Positions 1 through 11,650 of a DNA stretch of 64,000 bases are shown here, piece by piece. The number at the start of each line of letters is the position of its first letter. The stretch's first letter is position 1. Made by a program: the position numbers and the translations under genes. The stretch is from Antedon mediterranea. Lineage: Eukaryota > Animalia > Echinodermata. The notes under the pieces are model-generated. The model did not search any database, was not told the DNA's origin, and worked only from the letters and a program-made list of their open reading frames with translations. The stretch spans positions 13,082,001 to 13,146,000 of the forward strand of contig NC_092674.1 of NCBI RefSeq assembly GCF_964355755.1. Direction: 5' to 3'.

Positions 1-1011
1 TTTATCTTTTTACTATTTGTTTGTCATACTGAGCCATTTATGAAATAAATGTTGTTGAATTAAATTGATTTGAATGAATATTATTATGAATAGTTTGTCT
101 TGAATGCAATTTAATTTGAATTGCATGTTTATTGTATTAACATTTGTCTGTAATTGCAGTATTAATTTGTTTAAAATGAATCTTATGAGTGTTTTACAGA
201 AACAATGGTACTTCCTATTAGTAGTAGGACTAGTATTGTCGAGGATGCCATTCCATTTTCAGATTGTTATTTGTAAATTAAAGTGCAATTAACCCAGCAA
301 TTGTCATATTTCATTTAGAGTAGTACATCCTGTACGTATAATGTTTCCTATTATGTCATACAGTAATTAATCATGAATTATTCATGATTTCTGCACACGT
401 TTGTCCTGGAAAAAAAAATTACGCGTCCTGTACGTATAAATCTACTTTGACAATACTTTTGCTTTTGATTCCAGAAGCGTTTTCCTTTCCGAAAGAAAGC
501 GGAGTTATAATCGTTACCTGTGAAAGCATGGAATCCAATAAGGGATGATTTATGCGCTTTTGTTTGACACTAGTACACAGCGAATAAGCTCAATCAATCT
601 GGTCTTGTTTTTGCCGTTGGCAAGAAAATTGTTGAATTCGCGGGGCAACTTTGATATTGTTGAGCTTACAATTACCTTTGGTGCAATACCGTCTCTATTT
701 CTCTCCAACAGACTTAATGCTTTTTGGCAAGTACCGGTATGCATCGGCAACAATATCAACACGCGTGTATCCTTTAGGGATGCTGTTGAAAACCTTTACT
801 GCAAGATCCTCGTACGTATCAGGGTAAGATGTAAATGTTCTGATTAATGCCATCAAGTCAACAACATAGGCAATGACAGTAGCCTTTGCTGGCAGTTCTC
901 GACCAGGATCCATAACATCTGTTGAACTTTTTTCGATGAGAATTTCCATTAGAGGACACTTTTCTGGGTTGTTCGTCTTGTCCCATCTACATTAGCCAGG
1001 CTTAGCGAGAC

Positions 1012-2768
1012 GCGATTTTTTTTTTCGTACATAAGTTGGGGACCCCTCATGAAACGTCACAAAATACACATGAATAATTCATCAGTTAAATTTGTTGTTC
1101 CGTGTGCATCCAAGCGTATAGCAACAAGTGATATTACAACTGCGATACGATTCTTCCTAGGCCTAGCATTCACGTGATTGCCTTGGCGCACTCTTCACAC
1201 ACACACTACCACTACCGTATTTTCCGGAGTATAGGTCGAGACTTTGTGGGAAAATTTTAATTGCAAAATCGGGGGGTCGACTTATACTCCGACCATGCGA
1301 TTTTTGAAAAAAATCAAGCGGAAAAAATTCGTTCAAAAGCCGTCAGCTGTCAAGGCCTAGCAAGGTCAGTGGCCTATCATCAATCACTCACAGGAGTTTT
1401 CAATTTAATAATAATACCTACATTGTACAAAATAATACAACTCCAACAAGTACTGGTGGTACAAGAACTATTAATATATAACACAGATTAATGTTGATGT
1501 TTATATTACGCTTTTATTAAAATAATTAAGAATAAATAGTTTTCGTTTGTGTTTCATATGCTTCGTATTCACTCGCGAAAACATCGTAACACACACCACA
1601 AACGAACTACACGATGTTGGAATGTCCATGCAGCATGTTTGTTATTGCGCGATATTTTGATCTATACACATGCGCAGTTTGTTTGTTTGTTCGTAATTAC
1701 AATTACTGCGCATGTCTATTCATAAAATAAATTCTCCTCAGTCCGGCGCGTGTACATTTACAGATAACGCGATTTACAACTACTCGCCTGTACAATTTAA
1801 TAAGCCTCCTAACGAAAAACTCGTTTTAACTTATTCGAGTGACGCGAAAAAACATCGCTGATGGCAAGTACTGTAACGCTACATCGCTGTCATTTATTAT
1901 AGGCTGGCGAAGACGGCGGCGAAGCCGTTGTGATTACGTCCGTCCGATATTGATTAGGCCTACACTTTAATAATTGTATAAACAAACAACCACATTTCAT
2001 ACATTTCTAGCCTTCTTTGAACTTTAAAGTAAGTTGTGTTATTAGCCGATTTTGGGGGTCGACTTATATTCAGGTCATACCAAAATCAACGATATTCTAG
2101 GTCAAAGTTGGGGGTCGACTTATACTTGGGGTCGACCTATACTCCGGAAAATACGGTATGCAAAATGTGTCGAGACTAATCGACAGCTAGGCAAGACACA
2201 TTCAACTAAGTAGTATTGGTCATACCCCAAAGAAAGTTTAGACACACGAGAATAAAGAATGTGTATAATTTTGTGTACTGTATTTTTTTAATTCTGTAAT
2301 ATTTTATTATCAAACAATTTGCATGTACTCAAAGGATGAACACGAGAATAAATTTTGTGTAATGTAATTGTTTAATTTTGCTGACTTATTACTCGGAGTA
2401 CCTAACACACACCCACACAGACTACTAGAATAGACACAAGCTTTAGAGACTAATTAGGCCTAATAGTATTAATAGAAACTATAATTTTAACACGTAATTC
2501 TTTAGTAATAAATTCTATTAAAAAAAAACCAAAAACTAAAGACAGATTATTTTGACAATCCACACAAAACGCCGCTATTCTTTTATGAAATCGCACGCCG
2601 CAAAAACATAGTGGAGAATCGCCTAGGCCTAGAATCGTATCGCAGTTGTTCTTGTTGCTATACGCTTGGGTGCACACGGAGCAAGACAATTTAACTGATG
2701 AATTATTCATGTTTATTTTGTGACGTTTCATGAGGGGTCCCCAACTTATGTACGAAAAAAAAAATCGC
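1012..2768. mobile_element. Non-autonomous MULE-like element with long TIRs (copy 1)
   Basis: TIR GCGATTTTTTTTTCGTACATAAGTTGGGGACCCC..., over 100 bp; degenerate 9-bp TSD tagcgagac/tagtgggac; same family as 7251-8221. Confidence 0.85.
1215..2156. mobile_element. Tc1/mariner (pogo/Tc2-type) MITE nested in the MULE-like element
   Basis: TIR CCGTATTTTCCGGAGTATAGGTCGA, TA target duplication at 1213-1214 and 2157-2158; absent from the 7251-8221 copy. Confidence 0.88.
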
Positions 2769-4067
2769 TAGTGGGACAGGGGTAAGTGGATACTCAAATG
2801 CTTTCTTAAAGTCAATTATTCCACCATGCTTTGTTGAGGTGGCAAGAAGCTTTCCTAAAACATCCCGATTAGCTTCTATTGCTTTTACTTTCCCATTTGC
2901 CTTAATTTCGAGTTTCTTCCCACTATTCGAAAATAAAGTGAGCTTGTTGCGCTTAATAGGGTCATGGAATTTCACTTTAGTTGACTCAAGCCGTTCCTTA
3001 ACATAGCTTTCATGGACTGACTTGCCATTTTACAGGACTTTAAATATTTGAATATAAACATCTATATTCTGGAGAGTTTGACACCAATTACAACTTTCTG
3101 TGTCGAGTAGTTACGGAGATAATATGATATCTGTTGGATATTGGGTCAAATGTCAATAGAGGTATTTCCGGCCATTTTCGGACACAATGTGCTATTACAT
3201 CAAATAGGAACATGTACATTCCGAACAATTTGACACCAAAATCAACTCTCTATGATCAGTGGTTGCCAAGATATTATAGTCTACTGTAACTGGCGCCATT
3301 TTGAAAAAAACGCCCTCACGCGAAAGTACAGCCCGTTTACCCAATATATTTGAATTCCCCAGAAAAAACTGGTCTAGAAAAGTCATATGAGAATTTCTAC
3401 CTCTCCGGGTGGCACCTACCTCATTCATAGCCTAGTCTAATTTATGTGGCGGGGCGTTTATTTCAGTACAAGTAAGACGTTTTCAAACGGCTTGCAACAC
3501 CATGGGCCAAAGCATCGCGGGTCTCAACGGCGATACACATGCAGATAACGCACAATTGATTTTGACTTTTTTATGGTTTTTTTTTTTGCAGTATATAATA
3601 TTTTATTTTGCTTAAGTTCAGTCTACACTATCAAACTTTATGTGAAAAAAAAATGATGTGCCCATATATGGACATTATGATGTCATATCACTATCATTGA
3701 GCACATTACACTTTTTTATATTTTATGTTATCTACATTTGTTATTCAACGTATAAAACGGAACTTCGTGTAATCGCTGACGGGATAGCGACATAACCTGA
3801 CACTTTGCTGGATTCAATAACAGTAGGTTGGCTGTAGACCACTTTGCAATATACTCTACTATACGACGTCCTCTTGTAATGATAATATATCACAATCTGA
3901 GCGAATACATCTTGAAAAGAATGTGTCATCCGCGTATTGTCAGGGTTTATTTTGTAAATGTAGTTGCAAAACATAAACATTAAATATTAATGGTCCAAGA
4001 CATGACTCTTGTAGTATAGCCTACCGGATATAACTGATGTCCAGACAAACACTTGGCCTGAAATACC

Positions 4068-4362
4068 GGCTGTCGCGAAACCTAAGATCATGAAAGAAAA
4101 GACCCCCTAAGACCTAAGAATACAAAACATAAGACACAAGACCAACTGGCGAAAATATTGTGAGTTTATTTCTGTTTGTGATAAGTATATAAATGTATCG
4201 TAAAAAGCATTAATAAATGAAACCTACTATGTTTAAAATTGTGTATAGATAAACAATTATTGTTTTTAAGCTTTCGTATTATCTTATAATGTGTAATCTT
4301 AGGCCTTGGGTCTTAAGTTTCGCGATCTTAGGTCTTAGGGGGTCTTAGGTTTCGTGACACCC
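4068..4362. mobile_element. Short MULE/foldback-like MITE (family of 42837-43923)
   Basis: Inverted termini with internal taagac repeats; degenerate 9-bp flanks tgaaatacc/tacaatacc. Confidence 0.7.
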
Positions 4363-4544
4363 TACAATACCACACGTTGATTTCTACCGCTAAAAAAAGT
4401 TCAACCACTTTAAAATATTGCTACTAACACCATAATGTGCGCCCAAGGGTTATGTGCGAGATGGAGTCGAACGCACGAGAATGATCAAATGATATAATAT
4501 CTATACGCGATGCGAGATGCGTGTCGATCGAGGAGTCGTTGTTT

Positions 4545-5130
4545 CAGCGAGTAAGGTGGAACATGATTTTCCGGTATTATACACATGCTGTCTATTGTAG
4601 AGAAGATCAAATTCGTTAAGATGGGCGTTCAAATCCTCTGTTACTAGACTCTCGAGCAGCTTACAGAAAATCGACGTCAGAGTCACTGGTCTATAATTCT
4701 TAAAATCCGTTTATGTATGGGAACGATGTTGGCCTGTTTCCAGGCTGATGGAGCTTCTCTTCTCTAGACAAACTAAAATTATATAGATCAGACAAAATTG
4801 GTCACAGGCTGTAAGCACATAATCTCAGCATCATACCAGTAACGCCATCAGGCCCAGATGCTTTGTGTGTAGGCGTTTTAAATATTTTATTTAATATCCG
4901 ATCAGGATGAATATACAGATCCGCAAGTTTAGGAACATATAGACATGGCGACGTGATTTCGTTCATACTACCATTTTGATCAGTAAAGTACGATGCAAAC
5001 AACGAGTTGAATGCCTAAGATTTTATTAGGGTCATTACAAACAGAATCATTTATGTTAAAAGACAAGTTGTCTACACATGTTCGCTTTGACTTAATAAAA
5101 GACAAACACTGTTTTTTAAGTTATCAGATT
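4545..5130 (-). mobile_element. CR1/L2-group LINE reverse transcriptase fragment
   Basis: KASGPDGV, WKQANIVPIHK, YRPVTLTSIFCKLLE motifs; frameshifted. Confidence 0.75.
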
Positions 5131-5930
5131 TGTTCATTAGATTATACAACGATCAGCTATAAGAACATTCAATTGAATATATTTTATTTCGTAGGCTATT
5201 CTCTTTATCCTAGTCATATCAGCCTTTCCAGTTTGCTTCTGGTCTTCATTCATTCATGACCTCAATTGACGTTTCCCTGTTATATTATTATACATTTCAT
5301 GTAACACATTATCAATTCCTTTAACTTTTAAAATTATATTCCTATGATGGGTGTGGACAGTGGACATAATCAATGATAAATGACATTTCGCGTATTATCA
5401 TATTCATTCTCGATAGCAGTAGGTTCAGTTCTGTGGTGGGTCAAATCGCATACAATAAACATTTAATTGGCGGATGGTCAAACATTGTAGTTTTATTTTT
5501 CCCTGTTCATACCTATATTTTTTATTTTATTTAGTTGACAACCAACTACGATGAAACCGCCACTAACAGGTTAAATGTAAACATAATAAACTATAATAAT
5601 ACATTCAAATATACAACTATAACATAAACAAAAATCGGAACATTATAGAGATTTAACAATTTTACCCTTAAATACATTTAAACTATCATAGAATAAATCA
5701 ATATCCAAAGTAAAAAGCACACTATTAAATGTGTTAGGTAACTGCTGAAAAATACCTGTTTTGTGCATTCAACACGACCACAAGGAACGTGAAGCAAACA
5801 CTTGATGCGAGTACGAGTTGGTATATTCAACTTAAACAAAGCAACAAGAGGAAAATAATAAACAGAATTGAAAGAGTTGTATAAAAATACCATATAAAAA
5901 ACAACTCGATTTTCGAGAGAAATAAGAGTA

Positions 5931-7135
5931 ACACTAGATTTGAACTCGTCACGTTGACGAGTTAGGCTATCGCCCAACGCATCGTAACACGCACATGTTA
6001 TTTATTATGCTTAGTCTACAATAGGCTGCACTACAACGATTGTAAAGAACAGCTGGAATACATCAAAATCGTTTAATAAGTGTCAACAGTTGACGGTATT
6101 AGCATTGTAAACGGTTTAGTTGACGGTTATTTTTTATTTTACACCACTCACGTTTATTCAATTGTTTGAAAATGATGACCTTTTCAAATTAAAAAAAAAA
6201 GTTCATAAGTCTAAAAAGGAATTATTTTAGTAATAAAATATTGAAAATTGGAAGAAAATTGATAACGTTTACGCGGTATGCGCTCTATTGAATGTGACGA
6301 ACTGTGTCGAAAGAGACAAAATCCCTATATTTTACATTTGTGTGGCCATACGATGACGTCACAACAGCCCAGAGGTAAAAATTTTGCATGAATTCATATC
6401 TAAAATATATCTGCTTACATATTAGGTTAAAAAAATTGGGGGTCACCAGACATCCCGGAGAGCTATAATCGATTCAAAATAGGCATATTTTTTCACAAAT
6501 TTGCATAAAATTACCAATTTTCAAGCGCACGATTTTTAAAGTTTGACGTGCACGTGTGTCATTATTTTGCATTCATAATTCATCAAATATGAAAGAAATA
6601 TATCATAAAACTATGAAAAACAATAATCAAGCGCAAAAACGGGCTTTCTAGGCTGCGTACGACCGAAGTGCGCAAAAGCGCGCGCGCAACGCAATTTTTT
6701 TTAAAAAATGTGAAATGCTTAAAATGTCCTGAAACGTGTAGAAAGTTGATTAGAAATTGATTTTGAGCATTTTTAACTTTCAAAGCGCGCGTACGCGCGA
6801 TTTGACCAATGTTCAAAATTTTGCTGATGATACAGGAAGATGACCCTTGACATGAAGCATACGTGTGTCAAGTGGTATTTAAAAATAGCTATTGGTTTTC
6901 AAGTTATAGTCAATCTAAGAATTTCAGAAAATCGAGCGTAGTTACGCTACGCGACCATATTTTCATTAAACCAAAGTTTGTTGCACAACTACATATATAC
7001 GTGCATCTGCTAGCCAAGTTACAACATAACTGCTATTGCCATTTTTAAGATATGCGACCAACAAAAAATGAGCAGAAAAAATGAAATCTCTGACAATAAC
7101 AATAGGCTATCGCTCTACAGAGAGCGATAGCCTAA
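5931..7135 (+). mobile_element. Helentron/HINE-like non-autonomous element
   Basis: 5' hairpin aactcgtca-cgt-tgacgagtt followed by taggctatcgc; 3' palindrome taggctatcgctct-ac-agagagcgatagccta. Confidence 0.55.
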
Positions 7136-7250
7136 TTATAATTAGGACAAGTGCGAGTAAGGAATGTAATAAATTTGTTCTGAACATTAGAAATACGCCG
7201 AGATTGTCTACCAGAAATTGAATTAAAAATGACTGAAGAGTATCCCGGGT

Positions 7251-8221
7251 GCGATTTTTTTTTTCGTACATAAGTTGGGGACCCCCTCATGAAACGTCAC
7301 AAAATAAACATGAATAATTCATCAGTTAAATTTTCTTGTTCCGTGTGCACCCAAGCGTATAGCAACAAGAAGTGAGCACACAAGTGCGGTACGATTCTAG
7401 GGCTATCTCCGCTGTTGTTGCGGCGTGCGATTTCATAGAAGATAGCGGCGTTTTGTGTGGATTGTTGAAATAATCAACCTTTAGTTTATGGTGTTTTTAA
7501 TATAATTTATTACTAAAGAATTACGTGTTAAAATTATAGTTTCTATTAATACTATTAGGCCTAATTATTAGTCTCTAAACCCATGTGAGTCTATTCTAGT
7601 AGTAGCTGTGTGGGGGTGTGTGTGACGTGTGTGTGTTAGGTATGACCAAAGATAGTTATCTTTGGTATGACACAATCCGAGTAATAAGTCAGCAAAATTA
7701 AACAATAAACATTACACAAAAATACATTTTTTATTCTCGTGGGTCAAATCTTCCCATCTCATGTGTTCATATACGGGCATTTTGAAAGTTCCTTTGAGTA
7801 CATGCATATTGTTTGATAATAAAATAGCAGAATTAAAAAAATACAGTACACAAATTATATACACATTCTTTATTCTTGTGGCTCTAAGCTTTCTTTGGGC
7901 TATGTCCAATGAATTACTACTTAGTTTAATCATGGAGGTATAAAAATATACCTCCATGGTTTAATGTCTTGCCTAGCTGTCGATTAGCCTCGACTCGACA
8001 CATTTTGTGTGAAGAAGAGTGCGCGAAGGCAATCACGTGAATTGACTTATAATCCTAGGCCTACTGTAGAAAGTATCGTATCGCAGTTGTGTAATCACTT
8101 CTTGTTGCAAGCTATACGCTTGGGTGCACACGGAACAACAAATTTAACTGATGAATTATTCATGTTTATTTTGTGACGTTTCATGAGGGGGTCCCCAACT
8201 TATGTACGAAAAAAAAATCGC
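7251..8221. mobile_element. Non-autonomous MULE-like element (copy 2)
   Basis: Long TIRs; perfect 9-bp TSD ATCCCGGGT at 7242-7250 and 8222-8230. Confidence 0.9.
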
Positions 8222-8613
8222 ATCCCGGGTGGGGGCGCACAACTGAACGGTACAACGATGTTAATGCTCCATCGAAAAACAACAATTTAACTCACTATCA
8301 ATCAAAACTCCCAAATCCTTTTGAAAATTAACACAATGTAATTCCTGATCATTTAACTTATATTTGGTTAAAATAGGCTTTCGCTGATTATACTATGCCC
8401 AAGAAAACCCCGTCGTGTTAATTTAACATTCTTACTACATCAAGACGTAACTGAGATTTCACAACAAAAGTCCTAAGTAGAATTTCTGTTACCAATCTCA
8501 ACTTTGTGTTGCCTCCAAATAATAACACTAGGTCCGTGAATAAGTGCATTTTGTAGGATTGTATTGTAGATAATAAATAAATCATTTTGTTTGACAAATC
8601 CAAAAGAAATTAC

Positions 8614-8663
8614 TCACATTCTTTAGCTTTCGCCATCTTGGCTGATGGCTTGATCACAAGTGA
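8614..8663 (-). ncRNA. Hammerhead ribozyme motif copy (inverted pLTR)
   Basis: Exact reverse complement of 9085-9134. Confidence 0.7.
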
Positions 8664-9084
8664 TCCGGTCCACTACTACTTCCTGGAAATCTGTTGTTAT
8701 TGTTTCTAGGTGACGTCATACTTTTTCGTAGCAGTGATGTGTATACGTGATCGAGATATACAGCCCCTTCGTCGCGGTTGATTGCGTTAGTCCCCCTCTT
8801 TCTGATTTGGATTGCCTCTCTGATTCTACGCTTGAATGTGTTAGAGTCTCAGAATTTTTGCCCCATCCCAATCGATGGTATGGTTTTCTTGCGCTGCATG
8901 GTCTGTGATGGCGGATTTGTGGATTTCGGATGTTGATTCCTTTCTTGTTGCCCGAGTGTATTTACGATCGGTGACCGTTTCAGTGTCGTATACACGTATA
9001 CGTATACACATCACTGCTACGAAAAAGTATGACGTCACCTAGAAACAATAACAACAGATTTCCAGGAAGTAGTAGTGGACCGGA

Positions 9085-9134
9085 TCACTTGTGATCAAGC
9101 CATCAGCCAAGATGGCGAAAGCTAAAGAATGTGA
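9085..9134 (+). ncRNA. Minimal type-I hammerhead ribozyme motif, G3:C8 core variant (5' pLTR)
   Basis: GTGATCA-A-GCCATC-AGCCAA-GATGGC-GAAA-GCTA: 6-bp stem II, palindromic AGCT stem III, NUH = CUA; located where Penelope-like elements carry hammerheads. Confidence 0.72.
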
Positions 9135-9193
9135 GTAATTTCTTTTGGATTTGTCAAACAAAATGATTTATTTATTATCTACAATCCTACAAA

Positions 9194-11388
9194 ATGCACT
9201 TATTCACGGATATTAGGAGTCGTTATGGTCAACACACAGTCAAAAGTATACGTGATCTCGAGAATACAGTGAAGAAAATAGCCCGCTATCAACAACACCT
9301 GACATTTACGCATCGTTGCAAAGATAATGGTATCACACCATCAAGCCTCCGGATCAGCTGCCCGATAAATACGGAGAAAGCCAGAAACATCATAAGAAAA
9401 GCCGAAAAAGATCTAGTAGGTGAACGTATCTGGGTAGTAAGGAACAAAATTAATGTTCTTGAACGTAAATCTGAATTGCAAAAACAAAAAACACTGAATA
9501 CCGATGACCGTCACCATGTTGATTTACATATAGTAAACAAACGTGAATCAGAGGGAACAAAAACCAAACAGAGACATAAAGTAAAGCTCGAACGCCTCAA
9601 AGTTAAACATGAAACAAAACAGAAGTCTAATTATTTAACGGAACCCGACCTTAGCGGTACACAACTCAAAAAAAAAAAAAAAATGGGTTAAAAACATCTC
9701 AAACAGAGTCCTATCCGAGCCACAACAAAAGTTGCTCACTCGAGGGTTGAATTTTGCAGTGTCGGTTGACAAAATACCACATGAAGAATACATCGTTGCT
9801 TGCGAGTCAGTTTGTTCTAAACTACCAACGGAGGATGCTAAAAGCCTCAGAACAGAGATAGCAGGTATGTTAAAATCAGCAAAACCTCCCAAATCTAACA
9901 TCTCAAAACAAGAAAGAGTTGCTCTTAATGCATTAAAAAAGGAAAAAGAAATAATGGTAATGGGTGCCGACAAGGGAAAGTGTATTGTTGTTCAAAATAA
10001 AAAAGAGTATGAAAGCAAGGTTAAGGAAATGTTAAACGATCATAACACGTATGAAAAGCTTACCAAAGATCCTACTCCGGGTTACAAACGGAAGTTAGTT
10101 GAGATTTTGAAAAGACTAAAAACCGAAAACAAGATCAATGAAAGCCAATACAGGTTACTCTATCCTACCGCCGAAAATACACCTAGAATGTACTGTACCA
10201 CCAAGATCCACAAACAGGGAAATCCTATAAGACCGATAGTGGATTACACCGGGTCGATTGGATATCAAACCTCAAAAGCCCTTGCCGAGATACTCGCCCC
10301 GCTCGTAGGTACCACCGAACATCATGTGGTGAACTCCAAATCTCTCGCGGAGGAAATGACAGCGATAATGATTGACGATGGGGACATTCTTAATTCTCAC
10401 GACGTAGTATCGTTGTTCACTAACACTCCTATCGAAAAAGCCTTGGACGTCATTAAAGATAGACTGTTAAATGACAAAACTCTAAACCAAAGAACTAATT
10501 TAAACCCGGACGACGCTATTGCTCTTTTAGAATTTATCTGCACAACAACATATTTCAGCTTCAGAGGACAAATTTACCGTCAGATATTTGGTGCTGCCAT
10601 GGGCAGCCCTGTTAGTGCAATCCTGGCCAATCTGTTTATGGAATGGTTAGAGAGAGAAGCCATCGCTACATCATCTCTCGATTGTAAGCCGAAGCTGTGG
10701 CGCCGCTACGTTGATGATGTGTTAGAGATAATTCAAAAAGACAGTACACAAAAACTTACTGACCACCTCAACTCCATCGATCCAACGGGCAACATCAAGT
10801 TCACGTTTGAGGAAGATCATCAGGGAAAAATCCCCTTCCTGGACACATTAATCGTCAGGAAAGAAGATGGGTCACTGAAATTACTGGTGTACAGGAAAAA
10901 GACACACACTGACCAGTACCTGAATTTCCAATCCCAACACCCGCTACACCAAAAGCTAGGGGTCATCAGAACGCTCATGGATAGAATGGAGAACATAGTT
11001 ACAGAGGAGGCGGATAAGAAAGAAGAAGAAGTTAAGATCAGGAATGCGCTTAGGAAATGTGGTTACCCCAAGTGGTCACTGGACAGAGTCAAACAACAAA
11101 TAAAAAATAAACAACCAAAGCAAAGGAAGAAGAACAAAGAGTCGGAGACACCATCTAAGGGTATGGTTGTTTTACCTTATGTCGAGGGAGTGGCAGAACA
11201 AGCTCAAAGGATTTTTAAGAAATATGGTATTTCCACAGCCATGCGTCCAACGAACACTCTTAAAAGCATTTTAGTCCACCCCAAAGACAAGAAGGACATC
11301 ACCCAAACAAGTGACATTGTTTACGACATCCCTTGCAAAAGTTGCAAGAAATCGTATATTGGGGAAACAGGTCGTCAATTTGGAGTAA
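9194..11388 (+). pseudogene. Penelope-like polyprotein: N-terminus, RT and start of GIY-YIG endonuclease
   Basis: SHDVVSLFT, FGAAMGSP, RYVDD, VYRKKTHTDQYL, IVYDIPCKSCKKSYIGETGR; frameshift at A16 run 9668-9683; cut by the insertion at TAA 11386-11388. Confidence 0.93.
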
Positions 11389-11650
11389 AGGCCTGTTTAT
11401 ACTACGACGATAACTATAACTATACACGATAGAAAAAAATCGCTTAAGTTAAAATCAATAGAACCGTTCACACTAGGACGATAACTATACGATTCTATCG
11501 TTTACGATAAAAAGATAGTTTTACATACCGCTTGCATGAGCGATATTTTATTTGGACGCGAACGATAAAAATATTTCAACCAATCAGAGAGCTTTATTTA
11601 TGGCAAGCACCAAAAAAAAATCAGACAGATATCATCGAGAGTCAATCGCG

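Larger units (their letters stand above)
455..3030 (-). pseudogene. Decayed DNA-transposon protein with XPG/PIN-like nuclease region (Academ-like), split by a MULE-like MITE
   Basis: Fragments FHDPIKRNKL, YPLTPVPL|SLANVDG (joined across the 1012-2768 insertion), VVDLMALI, RVDIVADAY, FLANGKNKTRLI, GFHAFTGNDYNSAFFRKGK; frameshifts and internal deletion. Superfamily assigned from motif recall. Confidence 0.55.

Noticed and set aside
8841-9038. Separate minus-strand GIY-YIG gene
   Set aside because: It is the inverted duplicate of the Penelope 3' end.
9668-9683. Programmed frameshift between the two Penelope ORFs
   Set aside because: Penelope-like elements have a single ORF; an A16 homopolymer expansion or sequencing error explains the break.
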